Source: Armatimonadota bacterium (GTDB lineage Bacteria > Armatimonadota > UBA5829 > DSUL01). From it: a DNA stretch of 64,000 bases. This document shows, piece after piece, positions 19,697 through 29,790 of this stretch. The position numbers and the translations under genes were made by a program. Where the stretch lies: NCBI GenBank assembly GCA_039811685.1, contig JBDHZC010000001.1, positions 800,001 through 864,000 of the forward strand, read 5' to 3'. The number at the start of each line of letters is the position of its first letter. Position 1 is the first letter of the stretch. The notes below the pieces were generated by a model. The model saw nothing but the letters and a program-made list of their open reading frames with translations. It did no database searches and was not told the DNA's origin.

Positions 19697-21879
19697 TCAG
19701 TTCTCCCAATCCACTTCAATTCCAACTCGACAGAATCCATTAGTTCGTGCTGGACAACAGCCATAGACGGCCCCGCAAGATCAACCACCTGGTATTGTTC
19801 CGCAGACAGGGCGCGGTCATCCAACGCCACATGACTCAACACGCAACCCTGAGGGACCACCGGGCTAAGAGTAAGTGCTATCCCCGGAGTGTCAGACCCA
19901 ACTGACAGCCTGACTCCCTGCGCCGTCTGGCGAGCCTCGATCTCTATACGCGCATTGCCAATGCTAAGGTTGCGCAGCGCCGCGTGCTTTAGTTCCGCAG
20001 GAAGTTGCACACTGACGGTTAGAGCGCGGGAAGGCCAGTACGGCCGCACGCCAAAGATTCCTTCCACAACTGGAAGCACAACCATAGCTTCAGACCAGGC
20101 CTGATGAGGACAACCTGCCGGCTCCCTTTTGTCTCCGAGTAGAACCTCCGTGATGTAGCCGAGACAGAAGTCTTCCGTCAGCGAAGCTACGGCTTTGAGA
20201 TGATGCCAGCCCGCATCAGCAAAGCCATTGGCAAAGGCGGCCAGCGCCCCCCACCCGGTGGTGAGAGGCCACACTGTTCCTTCGTGGTATCCGGTTGGCG
20301 AATAGATGGAATCGAGATTTGAGTTTGTGCGCAACCCCCAGGCAACGCTGAGATCTTCCTGCATCATCCGGCTAACGGCGCGCCTCGCCTGCGCCGGGTT
20401 GACCAATCCCCACAACAGTGGAATTGTCGGGTTAGCGGTCGTGATGTCCAGCATAGAGTTGTCTGGCAGCTTGCGGTCGAACAGATATGAGTTCTTTTCG
20501 TTCCAGAAATCCTGATTGATGATCTCCCGTACCCGCTCTGCGTCCAGACGCCATTTTTCGGCCCGTGGATCGGACAAAACATCTGCCAGTTCAGAGGCGG
20601 CAAACAGCGCCTTGCACCAGATTGCCACCATGTCGATCATGTTCTTTTCGCCGTGGTCGTACCACTGATGGCCCGCGGGAGGATTGTCCACCAGCAAGTC
20701 ACCATCCACGTCCATCCGGTAGCACCAGTCCATTGCCTTAAGAACACACGGCCACATTTCGCGCACAAAATCGCTATCGGCCGTCCAGTTGTAGTAGTTG
20801 GCAATGTCTATGACAAAGAACGGCGTGGCGTCCGCAGCCGGGTATGCGTACTCCATGCCCGCTTCGCGCTCGTGCGCTGCTGAAAGCTCGTGGAAGATCT
20901 TTCCGGTGTCTCCTCCTTCTGTAATCTGATACCTTGCCAGCAGCCGGATGTTGTCCGCGACTTTACTGAAGTCGCCGTAGTCGTTGACAGCGAAGCCTGT
21001 CCACGAAGAGTCTCGTCCGAAGTACCACCCAAAACCGGGACGCCCACCTTCATCTGAACGGTTGAACCCAGCGACAAAACCACTGCCGACGCCCGGAGTG
21101 CGCATGTAGCACTTGTCCATGCCGACGATAGCCCATTGAAACGCTTTGTCCATATCGGGATCCGAAGACTCAAGGCGCGCGCTGTCCGAAAGAAGTTGAG
21201 TGTAGTAATCGACAGTCTGAGCGTAAAGCTCTCTCCAGTTTTGGCCGCAGTCCCGCCACAGCTTCAGCGCCTCATCCGATCCCGCGTCCGAACCTGCCAC
21301 GACATAGACGAGAACTTGTCCCTCCTCACATCCACCTGGTACCTCCGAGACACCATGCCACCCGAAAGCCGCCGCATCGGCACACCCCGGAGCTGTGACA
21401 ACCGTCGCCTGTGTCTGAGGATCTACAGACTCAACGGCGCTCCTCGGAACAGAGTCCGCCGGCCACATCAGCTTCAGATCTGACTGAGCTTGCGCACTCA
21501 CGGAAACGCCGCTCTGGCTTTTTACATTGAGGACAAATACGGCCGCCGCAACTCCGACCGGCGCAAAGACAATGTGATCAATTTCGACCCCATCCAGTCC
21601 AAGCGTGGCGATTGAAGCTTCAGGACGCACGCGAAATGATCGAAGCATGTCTTTGGATGAGTGCTGTTTTCCATCAACGTTTATGAGAAACTCCAGCGAC
21701 TTCACAGCCTTGAACGGATAGGTCCAGACTTCAACAGCGCCGCCTTCCTCTCCGATAACAACAGCGCGATGTCCCGCCGTGTCAAAGTACTGCGGAGTTG
21801 CAGACTCTCGAAGCAGTTCCAGTCCAGATGAGGGCAGCCCGGAAATGAAGTCGGCGTTCGAGGTACGTGGATTAGTCAA
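19693..21879 (-). CDS. Six-hairpin glycoside hydrolase (amylo-alpha-1,6-glucosidase/GDE-C-like)
   Basis: WYFGRDS, DATP, YHEGTVWP, QAWS; AGGAG before TTG; no signal peptide. Confidence 0.8.
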   Translation of the reverse strand: MTNPRTSNADFISGLPSSGLELLRESATPQYFDTAGHRAVVIGEEGGAVEVWTYPFKAVKSLEFLINVDGKQHSSKDMLRSFRVRPEASIATLGLDGVEIDHIVFAPVGVAAAVFVLNVKSQSGVSVSAQAQSDLKLMWPADSVPRSAVESVDPQTQATVVTAPGCADAAAFGWHGVSEVPGGCEEGQVLVYVVAGSDAGSDEALKLWRDCGQNWRELYAQTVDYYTQLLSDSARLESSDPDMDKAFQWAIVGMDKCYMRTPGVGSGFVAGFNRSDEGGRPGFGWYFGRDSSWTGFAVNDYGDFSKVADNIRLLARYQITEGGDTGKIFHELSAAHEREAGMEYAYPAADATPFFVIDIANYYNWTADSDFVREMWPCVLKAMDWCYRMDVDGDLLVDNPPAGHQWYDHGEKNMIDMVAIWCKALFAASELADVLSDPRAEKWRLDAERVREIINQDFWNEKNSYLFDRKLPDNSMLDITTANPTIPLLWGLVNPAQARRAVSRMMQEDLSVAWGLRTNSNLDSIYSPTGYHEGTVWPLTTGWGALAAFANGFADAGWHHLKAVASLTEDFCLGYITEVLLGDKREPAGCPHQAWSEAMVVLPVVEGIFGVRPYWPSRALTVSVQLPAELKHAALRNLSIGNARIEIEARQTAQGVRLSVGSDTPGIALTLSPVVPQGCVLSHVALDDRALSAEQYQVVDLAGPSMAVVQHELMDSVELELKWIGRTD

Positions 21880-22004
21880 TGAAAACTCCTTGGAATCAAG
21901 ATAAATGTGTAAATCTGGCAGGCTGGAAGTCTGTTATCAGCGTCGCTACAGGAGCCTGCAACCACCTGGCGCTGGCGACTGTGCCTTGCTGAAGGACGAG
22001 GTGG

Positions 22005-22715
22005 CTAGATGTCCGGTTCCGTGTAGCTGGATGAAGGTGATTTGGGCGCTTTCCCCGCTCTTACTGGTGCGTCTATGACGGCGTACAACCACGCTGCCGC
22101 CGCACCGCCCCACAGCAGCACAGCGAATGGGCCCGGCTGAGTGGCGGCAGCCGCATGTGTGCGCACCGGGACCATCAGTGTAACGAAAACCGAGATAAGA
22201 GCCTGAAGCTGCCCGGTCACCATCAGAAGAAGCAGGATAGCCCCGTAGGCGGAGGCGAGAATCACGGCTTTTGTGTTCTCTCCGTTATACCACTGACCAA
22301 GCCCCGGCCAGAACATGGACGCGAGAAATCCGACAACTGGACTGCGCTGGGCGCTCTTCGTGGGCGGAGTCTCCATCGCGGCCTGCAAATCCGATTCGTG
22401 CCGGGCCGCCTCACTCAAAGAGAGTACGATTTTTGCGTATTTCGTCTCAGGCCGCGCGGGATCGGCAGCCTTTTTCATTGCCGCGTGATAAGCCTCAGCC
22501 GCTTCCTGCGCTTCTCCCCGTTTCACCAGCACGTCACCGAGAAGCTCGTACGCCTCAGCATTATCCCGAGCCATGTCTATAGCCGCCCGGCAGTTCGTCT
22601 CGGCGGAGTCGAGGTCTTCGCGCCTGAGATAGATGTTCGCGTTTCGAAGCAGCTTCTGGAGCTCTTCGTCCTCAGGCTCACCCATCATCGGGTTCTGACT
22701 CGTCATCGCCGTCAT
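22005..22715 (-). CDS. TPR-repeat membrane protein with TM2-like C-terminal segment
   Basis: TPR helices (AEAYELLGDVL...EAAEAYHAA); FWPGLGQWYNG followed by TMs; start uncertain. Confidence 0.75.
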   Translation of the reverse strand: MTAMTSQNPMMGEPEDEELQKLLRNANIYLRREDLDSAETNCRAAIDMARDNAEAYELLGDVLVKRGEAQEAAEAYHAAMKKAADPARPETKYAKIVLSLSEAARHESDLQAAMETPPTKSAQRSPVVGFLASMFWPGLGQWYNGENTKAVILASAYGAILLLLMVTGQLQALISVFVTLMVPVRTHAAAATQPGPFAVLLWGGAAAAWLYAVIDAPVRAGKAPKSPSSSYTEPDI

Positions 22716-23115
22716 CCGTCCCGTTCAGATCTACTTCATCCAGGTCTTCTTCGGCGTCCGAAGACCTCAGCGCCTCAGTAGATTTCCACAGACTCTCTAG
22801 ATCGTAAACCGCGCGGGCTTCCTGACTGAAAATATGCACGACGACATCACCGTAGTCCAAGAGAATCCAGTTGGCGTCGGCCGTTCCCTCGCGCCGCGCC
22901 CGTTGATCCGCCTTAGCTTCCATCGCCTCCATAACCCCATCAGCCAGAGCCCGCTGGTGCACACTGGACGTGGCGTGCGTAAGGATGAAGTAGTCTGCTA
23001 CAAGCGTACGCCCTTCCACAGAAATGACATCCACATCCAGAGCGCGCCTGTCATCCAGCGCCTCAACGATGATATCGACTTTTTCTTTTGACTCCAGCTT
23101 CGAAGATGATGGCAT
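22678..23115 (-). CDS. rsfS: Ribosome silencing factor RsfS
   Basis: ADYFI, WILLDYGDVVVHIF, YDLESLW. Confidence 0.95.
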   Translation of the reverse strand: MPSSSKLESKEKVDIIVEALDDRRALDVDVISVEGRTLVADYFILTHATSSVHQRALADGVMEAMEAKADQRARREGTADANWILLDYGDVVVHIFSQEARAVYDLESLWKSTEALRSSDAEEDLDEVDLNGTDDGDDESEPDDG

Positions 23116-23127
23116 GTAGACTCCTGA

Positions 23128-24312
23128 TCAGAGGCTGGCGTAGTCCCGCCCGATAATCACAACGACCGAAGCATTTTCTTTGTTTGGCTCCTGCGGAAGC
23201 GCCTGCGCCCGGCAGTTAAGCAGATCCGCGATCTTTTGTATCTGCGCGCTTTCAGGGTCTTGAGCCATGACAACAGAGACGTCATAGTCAGTCCGGGGAG
23301 CGTTTCCTGTACGCATAACGCGGTATCCGTCGTCGCGCAGAAACGCAGCCAGACGCTCCGCCGCACCCGTCACACCGCTTCCGTTCAACACTGCGACTGT
23401 TGGCTTGGGTTCTTGAAAGCGCAGGACTTCGTTCACAAGCGGCGGAATGGCAGGCAGATCCGGCACATAGTAGCTGATACCGTGAATTGTTTCAGGAACT
23501 CCCGGTAGAGTCGCCATCTGCACCTCATCCGCAGGAACGTCTTTCGACAGACGCGCCAGGCTCAGAAGGTCCTTGCTGGTCATGTTGGTCTCGACATTGT
23601 TCATCATTTCGTCGATGAGGTTGGGCAGCTTTGTCCAGTTGGAAGGAGAGGTTACCTGGCGCGCCAGCGCACGCAGGAACTTCTGCTGACGCTGAATCCT
23701 CCATAGGTCGCCCATCCTGTCGTGACGAAATCGCACGTATCCAAGCGCCCGCTCCCCATCCAGATGCCGATAACCTTTTTTCAGATTTATGTAGAGGCCA
23801 CCCCGGCGATCCACGTAGTACATATTCTTCTCGACGTCAATTCCCACGCCGCCAACCGCGTCCACAACTTTCTTCAGCCCTGCTATGTTGGTTTTCGCAT
23901 AGTAGTCAATGGGGACGCCCAGCAGGTCAGCGACACATTGCGCGGTGAGTTGCGCTCCACCCTTAGCATACGACGCGTTGATCTTCTGAAAGCCGGACAT
24001 TCCCGGAATCTGAATGCGGGTATCCCGTGGGATGGACAGACCCTGGACCCGCTTGTGTTTGAGGTCCACCGCCGCAACAAGGATTGTATCGGAGCGTCCT
24101 TTGTCCTCAGTGTTCTTTGAGAAGGTTTCATCTTCGCCCAGCACAAGCACAGTGAAGGTCTCCCGGCCACCAAAGGGCTTCTGAAAGACGACATCCCTGA
24201 CGCTCATGTGTGTTTTCTGGCTGACCAGGTGAAATGCCGCTCCGACAGCCACAGCCAGAGCTATGACAACAACGAAGAGAGCGATGGCGCTTTTTCGAGG
24301 TCTCAACCGCAT
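23128..24312 (-). CDS. LCP-family glycopolymer transferase with LytR_C domain
   Basis: Single TM; GRSDTI, SIPRDT, KINASY, RFRH...D..RIQRQQ; C-terminal VLNGSGVTGAA. Confidence 0.93.
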   Translation of the reverse strand: MRLRPRKSAIALFVVVIALAVAVGAAFHLVSQKTHMSVRDVVFQKPFGGRETFTVLVLGEDETFSKNTEDKGRSDTILVAAVDLKHKRVQGLSIPRDTRIQIPGMSGFQKINASYAKGGAQLTAQCVADLLGVPIDYYAKTNIAGLKKVVDAVGGVGIDVEKNMYYVDRRGGLYINLKKGYRHLDGERALGYVRFRHDRMGDLWRIQRQQKFLRALARQVTSPSNWTKLPNLIDEMMNNVETNMTSKDLLSLARLSKDVPADEVQMATLPGVPETIHGISYYVPDLPAIPPLVNEVLRFQEPKPTVAVLNGSGVTGAAERLAAFLRDDGYRVMRTGNAPRTDYDVSVVMAQDPESAQIQKIADLLNCRAQALPQEPNKENASVVVIIGRDYASL

Positions 24313-24313
24313 A

Positions 24314-24907
24314 TCAGTCTTTGTAGAGTCCCTCCTTGAGGATGAACTGCCGGACACGCTCAGGTGTCAGGTAGCGAATACTGTGCCCGTTGCAAACGCG
24401 GTTTCGAATGGCCGTTGAGGATATTTCCATCAGCGGCATTTTGAGAAACTGCGTCCGCTCAAGAAACTCTGGGGACAACGCTTCTTTGGCCTTTCTGATT
24501 CCATAACCCCGGCGGGCTGCCGCCACAAAGTGTGTCAGTTGTGGAAGCTCATCTGACCGGCGCCAGGTGAGAATTTGCAAAATGGCATCCATCCCCGTGA
24601 TGAAATACGGCGTCTGCCCGGGGCGCTCAGCAACCATTTGATGAATCGTATCAAACGAGTACGAGGGGCCCGGCCGGTCAATCTCTATTCTGGAGGCTTC
24701 GAAACCCGGATTCCCCTGTATAGCAAGTGTTGTCATTGCCCAGCGTTTGTCCGGATCCGTAACCCGGTAAGGCTTCTGCCAGGGATAGCCGGCGGGAACA
24801 AACACCACGGTCTGCAGCCCGTAGGCTTCTCTGGCTCTTTCTGCCAGGAGAAGATGCCCAAAGTGAATCGGGTCAAAGGTGCCACCCATAATTCCAAAGC
24901 TGGTCAA
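24314..24907 (-). CDS. nadD: Nicotinate-nucleotide adenylyltransferase
   Basis: GGTFDPIHFGH, ISSTAIR. Confidence 0.95.
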   Translation of the reverse strand: MTSFGIMGGTFDPIHFGHLLLAERAREAYGLQTVVFVPAGYPWQKPYRVTDPDKRWAMTTLAIQGNPGFEASRIEIDRPGPSYSFDTIHQMVAERPGQTPYFITGMDAILQILTWRRSDELPQLTHFVAAARRGYGIRKAKEALSPEFLERTQFLKMPLMEISSTAIRNRVCNGHSIRYLTPERVRQFILKEGLYKD

Positions 24908-24915
24908 GAGGCAGG

Positions 24916-26178
24916 CTAGCTCCGGATCTGCCCATTTCCGTAGCAGACGTACTTGACCGTCGTCAGCTCTTCCAGCCCCATCGGCCCGCGCGCGTGCAGC
25001 TTCTGCGTGCTGATTCCTATCTCCGCTCCCAGCCCGTACTGGAATCCATCAGTGAAGCGAGTGGATGCGTTTACATAGACAGCCGCTGCGTCAATCTCGT
25101 GTTCAAAGCGCTGAGCCGCGTTGTAGTCCCGCGTCACAATGCAATCCGAGTGTTTGCTTCCGTAAGTATTGATGTGCTCAATCGCCTGATCCAGACTATC
25201 CACCACACGGATCGCGAGAATTAGCCCAAGATACTCTGTGGCCCAGTCCTCTTCAGTCGCGGCCACCGCATCAGGGCAGATCCGGCGCACAGTCTCGTCC
25301 CCCCGAATCTCCACACCGGCCTCCCGCAGGCGGTGACACATTCCCGGCAGAAACTGCTCGGCTATGTCTGAGTGCACAAGAAGAGTCTCCATCGCGTTGC
25401 AGACTCCACAGCGTTGGACTTTTGCATTGAAAGCAATGTCCTCAGCCATCTGAAGATCTGCGCTGGAATCCACGAACGTATGGCAATTCCCGACGCCCGT
25501 TTCGATGACCGGTACTTTCGCGTTTTGTACGACGCTCTGAATCAAGCCCGATCCGCCCCGCGGAATAAGACAGTCAATGAGGCCGATGGCTTCCATCATG
25601 GCCGTCGCCGCCGCGCGGTCAGTCGTGGGGACAAGCTGGATGCAGTCCTGAGGCATCCCGGAGCGTACAGCGGCCTGCGCAATCACATCCGCCAGGACAA
25701 GATTGGAGTGGATCGCTTCCTTTCCTCCCCGCAGAATCACAGCGTTGCCCGACTTCAGACACAAACCTGCGGCATCCACAGTCACGTTTGGACGAGACTC
25801 AAAAATGATCCCTATCACACCGAGCGGCACGGACACTTTCTTGATGTCCAGGCCATTGGGAAGACGCCAGCCACGATTGACGCGCCCGATCGGATCCGGA
25901 AGCGCAGCAAGCTGATTCAACCCCTCGGCCATATCAGCGATTCTCTTTCCGGTGAGCGTGAGGCGATCAATCAGAGCTTCTGAGAGCCCACTCTCGCGCC
26001 CGGCTTCCAGGTCTTTGCGGTTGGAATCAATAATCCGGTCCTGGTGCTCTACCAGCGCATCGGCCATCGCGATCAGCGCTGCATCCTTCTCTTTGGATGA
26101 AGTCACTGCCAGGCGCGCCGCGGCTTTCTGAGCGCTGCGCGCCATCTGTTCTATTGAAGAATCAAGCTGTGTTGCCAT
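24916..26178 (-). CDS. proA: Glutamate-5-semialdehyde dehydrogenase
   Basis: ESRPNVT, IPRGG, GNCH, NASTRFTDG, ISTQKLHARGPMG. Confidence 0.97.
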   Translation of the reverse strand: MATQLDSSIEQMARSAQKAAARLAVTSSKEKDAALIAMADALVEHQDRIIDSNRKDLEAGRESGLSEALIDRLTLTGKRIADMAEGLNQLAALPDPIGRVNRGWRLPNGLDIKKVSVPLGVIGIIFESRPNVTVDAAGLCLKSGNAVILRGGKEAIHSNLVLADVIAQAAVRSGMPQDCIQLVPTTDRAAATAMMEAIGLIDCLIPRGGSGLIQSVVQNAKVPVIETGVGNCHTFVDSSADLQMAEDIAFNAKVQRCGVCNAMETLLVHSDIAEQFLPGMCHRLREAGVEIRGDETVRRICPDAVAATEEDWATEYLGLILAIRVVDSLDQAIEHINTYGSKHSDCIVTRDYNAAQRFEHEIDAAAVYVNASTRFTDGFQYGLGAEIGISTQKLHARGPMGLEELTTVKYVCYGNGQIRS

Positions 26179-26338
26179 GGAATACCCTGCTTGTCAATCA
26201 CATGCGCCTTTCGAGACTCAAACTGTGCCGGCCACACGCCAGCGGCAACAGCCAGACGAATCCCTGTCTTCGGCGCATACCAGAGCGTGCGTCACCCGCA
26301 AACTCTTCACGTCTTAGACGACACTGCCCGGGCACACG

Positions 26339-27442
26339 TCACACACCAACGACCAGATTGTCCCGGTGGATAACCTCATCGAACTCTTTGTGCCCAAGCG
26401 TGCGCTCAATCTCCGAAGAGCGCTTGCCCATAATCCGGCGCACCTCTTCCGAGTTGTAGTTTACAAACCCGCGCGCCACCCCGTCACCAGACTCATCAAC
26501 AACTAAAACAAGATCTCCGGGCGCGAAGTCACCCGACACGTCAATCACCCCGACAGGCAGCAGCGACTTGTTCTGGGATAGTAGCACATCGGCCGCATTT
26601 CTGTTAACCCGAATGCTCCCTCGGGCAGGCACAGCGAAAGCCATCCAGCGCTTGCGGCTGTTGAGGCGGCTGTTTTGCGGATGGAAGCGGGTGCCGACAG
26701 CCTCGCCGCGCGCCGCTCGAATGACGATGCCGTCTTCGCGCCCCTGAGCAATGATCATTGGAATGCCGGCGGCAATGGCCACCCTGGCGGCAGCGATCTT
26801 GCTGGCCATTCCGCCAGTCCCCCCGCGAGCAGAATCCCCGCCGCGGGCCATCTTCTCAATCTCCGGCGTTATCTCCTGAACTTCAGGTACGACATCTGGC
26901 GCTTCTCCTGCGCGCGGCCTGTGCCTGCACAGCCCTGGCACGTCCGTCAAGAGAATGACCAGGTCCGCGTCCAGATGAGAAGCAACCAGCGCTGCAAGCA
27001 TATCGTTGTCGCCAAATCTGATTTCCTCCACGGAGACGGTATCGTTTTCATTGACGACCGGGACTGCCCCTAAACGCAGGAGCGTAAGCAGGGTGTTGCG
27101 CGCATTCAGGTAGCGGATTCGGTCCGCAAAATCATCGCGTGTAAGCAGCACCTGCGCTGAGGCGATGCCAAGAGCATCCAGCGCCTGCGTATAAACCTGA
27201 TGAAGCAGCCCCTGACCGACTGCTGCCGCCGCCTGTTTTTCCGGAATAAGCTGCGGACGGCGCTTCAGGGCCAGACGGTCAACTCCAGCGCGGATCGCTC
27301 CTGAGCTTACTACCACAACCTGCCACCCAAGCTGGCGAACCTGCAGAACCTGATGGCACAGCTTCTCGATGTAGGCTCTGTCCAGCCGGCCATCCGCATC
27401 TGTCAGTGTGGATGTGCCTACCTTGACAATGAGTCTTTTCAC
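26339..27442 (-). CDS. proB: Glutamate 5-kinase with PUA domain
   Basis: VKVGTS, NENDTV, FGDND, GTGGMASK, IHRDNL. Confidence 0.97.
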   Translation of the reverse strand: MKRLIVKVGTSTLTDADGRLDRAYIEKLCHQVLQVRQLGWQVVVVSSGAIRAGVDRLALKRRPQLIPEKQAAAAVGQGLLHQVYTQALDALGIASAQVLLTRDDFADRIRYLNARNTLLTLLRLGAVPVVNENDTVSVEEIRFGDNDMLAALVASHLDADLVILLTDVPGLCRHRPRAGEAPDVVPEVQEITPEIEKMARGGDSARGGTGGMASKIAAARVAIAAGIPMIIAQGREDGIVIRAARGEAVGTRFHPQNSRLNSRKRWMAFAVPARGSIRVNRNAADVLLSQNKSLLPVGVIDVSGDFAPGDLVLVVDESGDGVARGFVNYNSEEVRRIMGKRSSEIERTLGHKEFDEVIHRDNLVVGV

Positions 27443-27448
27443 GTGGTC

Positions 27449-28789
27449 TTATTCACTCTGGGACGCAGGAGCCACCTGCTCGCCAGCGGCATTCTCATCG
27501 AGCCAATCAAACTCAAAATCTCCGATGCGGACAGTGTCATCGTTACGTATTCCGAGACGGCGCAACTGCTTGAACACGCCAAGCCGATCCAGACGCTGCT
27601 GCAGCCTGCGAAGCGCCTGTTCGTTGTCAAGATCAGTCATCGCGACAATGCGCAGAGCTTCTCTGCCTTTCACAACAAACTCACCCGTCGCCTCGCGGTC
27701 AATCGTGAACGGCGCCTGCGGACCCTCTATTCGCACGACTTCGTCAGACTGAGCGCCGGCAACCTTCGGGGTCTGACGCACCAGTTCGGCGGCATCCCAG
27801 ACAAGCTGCTGAACCCCTTCCCCCGTCACCGTAGAAACCAGACGTATCAACTCCCCGCGTTCGGCAATTTCAGGATAGCGCAAAGGAAGCTCTTTGCTGC
27901 ATTCCTGCGCGCGCTGTCGAGCTTCTGGAATGTCAATCTTGTTGAGAGCGATGATCTCCGGACGCTCACCCAGATCGGAGCTGTAGCGCAACAATTCACG
28001 GCGAATGACGCCATAGTCCTCAAGCGGATCGCGACCTGTCAGTGGAGAGCAGTCTATAAGGTGGATGAGCACACGTGTGCGTTCAATGTGACGCAAAAAG
28101 CGGTGCCCCAGCCCTGCTCCCTCGTGCGCGCCTTCAATGAGACCAGGAACATCCGCCATTACAAAAGATTCCTCAGCGCTTACACGCACGACGCCAAGAT
28201 TGGGGACAAGTGTGGTGAACGGGTAGTCAGCAATCTTGGGCCGCGCGTTGGAAACTGCGGCGATGAGCGTGGATTTTCCAGAACTTGGAAAGCCGACAAC
28301 TCCGACATCCGCCAGCAGACGGAGTTCCAACCGCAGGCTGCGCTCCTCCCCAGGCTCACCCTTCTCCGCGTATTTTGGCGCCTGGTTCGTGGAGGATGCG
28401 AAGCTGGCGTTTCCGCGACCGCCACGCCCACCCCGGGCAACTACCTCCGTCTGGCCGTCAAAGACCAGATCGGCAATTACGCGCTGCTCATCGAGATCGA
28501 ATGCGCTGACACCAACAGGCACCCGGATTATCAGGGGTGACTGGCTGACACCAGACTTGTTATTGGTGGCCCCCCGTCCGCCGTCCGCGGCTTTGTAGCG
28601 CGACGAGTAGCGCAACTCGACAAGGGTGTTCAGACTCTGGTCAGCGAGGAGAGTGACATCGCCCCCAGCACCACCGTCGCCTCCATTTGGGCCACCGTGC
28701 GGGACGTGCTTTTCACGACGAAAGGTCACGGCTCCGTCGCCCCCTTTACCGGAAGCAACGTGAATCGTGACCTCGTCTATAAAATCCAT
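27449..28789 (-). CDS. obgE: GTPase ObgE with C-terminal OCT domain
   Basis: Gly-rich Obg fold, KIADYPFTTL, ADVPGLIEGA, NKID. Confidence 0.97.
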   Translation of the reverse strand: MDFIDEVTIHVASGKGGDGAVTFRREKHVPHGGPNGGDGGAGGDVTLLADQSLNTLVELRYSSRYKAADGGRGATNNKSGVSQSPLIIRVPVGVSAFDLDEQRVIADLVFDGQTEVVARGGRGGRGNASFASSTNQAPKYAEKGEPGEERSLRLELRLLADVGVVGFPSSGKSTLIAAVSNARPKIADYPFTTLVPNLGVVRVSAEESFVMADVPGLIEGAHEGAGLGHRFLRHIERTRVLIHLIDCSPLTGRDPLEDYGVIRRELLRYSSDLGERPEIIALNKIDIPEARQRAQECSKELPLRYPEIAERGELIRLVSTVTGEGVQQLVWDAAELVRQTPKVAGAQSDEVVRIEGPQAPFTIDREATGEFVVKGREALRIVAMTDLDNEQALRRLQQRLDRLGVFKQLRRLGIRNDDTVRIGDFEFDWLDENAAGEQVAPASQSE

Positions 28790-28840
28790 ATTCTGGCTGG
28801 TGAGCCCGGCCGCACAGCGGACGAGCGCTGGAGAAGCGCC

Positions 28841-29101
28841 CTAGACGCGCTCTGGAAGCACGCTGATGAGGCGACGGCTCTTCTCACTTCCCTCAAATTT
28901 TACGTAGCCGTCAATGAGCGCAAAAAGCGTGTGATCCCTGCCAAGTCCGACATTGCGCCCCGGGTGATGCGCCGTACCTCGCTGGCGCTTCAGAATGCTG
29001 CCGGCAGTCACAAACTCACCGCCAAAGGCCTTGACGCCCAGCATCTTCGGCTTGCTGTCCCGTCCATTTCTGGACGATCCCATTCCTTTTTTATGTGCCA
29101 A
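28841..29101 (-). CDS. rpmA: 50S ribosomal protein L27
   Basis: [30 protein letters not shown] start. Confidence 0.97.
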   Translation of the reverse strand: MAHKKGMGSSRNGRDSKPKMLGVKAFGGEFVTAGSILKRQRGTAHHPGRNVGLGRDHTLFALIDGYVKFEGSEKSRRLISVLPERV

Positions 29102-29142
29102 TTCTTACTACTCCAGAAATCCGACTTTACCGCGTCAATAAT

Positions 29143-29451
29143 TCAGGCAATAGAGCCGACCGACAGCAGCGTCACCGCCTGACGATGACCGTAGTGCCGG
29201 TACTGATTCTTCTTTGCCTTGAACTGAAAACCGTGTATCTTGCGGCCGCGTCCCTGACGCACGATATTGCAGGTTACGCGAGCCCCCTCCACAAGTGGAG
29301 TTCCGACCCTGGTACCTGAATCGTCCGATACCAGAAGCACACGGTCAAGGACGATTTCGTCGCCCTTTTCTCCTGGCATGCGGTTAACTTCGACCTGCTG
29401 ACCCGGTTCCAGCCGATACTGACGGCCGCCACATTCAACTACTGCATACAT
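29143..29451 (-). CDS. rplU: 50S ribosomal protein L21
   Basis: MYAVVECGGRQY...GHRQ. Confidence 0.97.
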   Translation of the reverse strand: MYAVVECGGRQYRLEPGQQVEVNRMPGEKGDEIVLDRVLLVSDDSGTRVGTPLVEGARVTCNIVRQGRGRKIHGFQFKAKKNQYRHYGHRQAVTLLSVGSIA

Positions 29452-29604
29452 ATCTGTTTTGGTGTCCCTCAGACGTTTGCTCCCCTCAGAACCGGTGTAA
29501 ATAATGTCCCGAGCCGAAAGCTACAGAAAAGCTTGCCACATTGCGGCATCAAAGCCACACAAGGGGAAGCGGACGAGACCGCATCTCGCCCGCTCCAAGA
29601 AAAG

Positions 29605-29634
29605 AAGTTAGCATCTTTCGGGCGTCTTTGTCAA
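29605..29634 (-). promoter_or_regulatory. Putative sigma70 promoter of rplU-rpmA-obgE
   Basis: TTGACA-N18-TAACTT with extended -10 TG. Confidence 0.6.
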
Positions 29635-29790
29635 CTCTCGCCAGACTTAGCTTATTCAGCCACAGCAACAAAGCTGCCTTCGGTGGCATGGTACAACGTC
29701 GCGAGGCCAGTCGAAGACGGCCGAAAGCGGCGGCCGGAAGGAGGAGCGCTTACCGCTGATCTCCCTCCGGCGCAGCTTCTGTATTTCAGA

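Noticed and set aside
27353..28540. 395-aa plus-strand ORF (likewise 33834-34814 and 51103-51948)
   Set aside because: Antisense shadows of obgE, the ABC ATPase and corA.
29102..29142. Prp (YsxB) protease gene between rplU and rpmA
   Set aside because: The gap is only 41 nt and L27 has no N-terminal extension.
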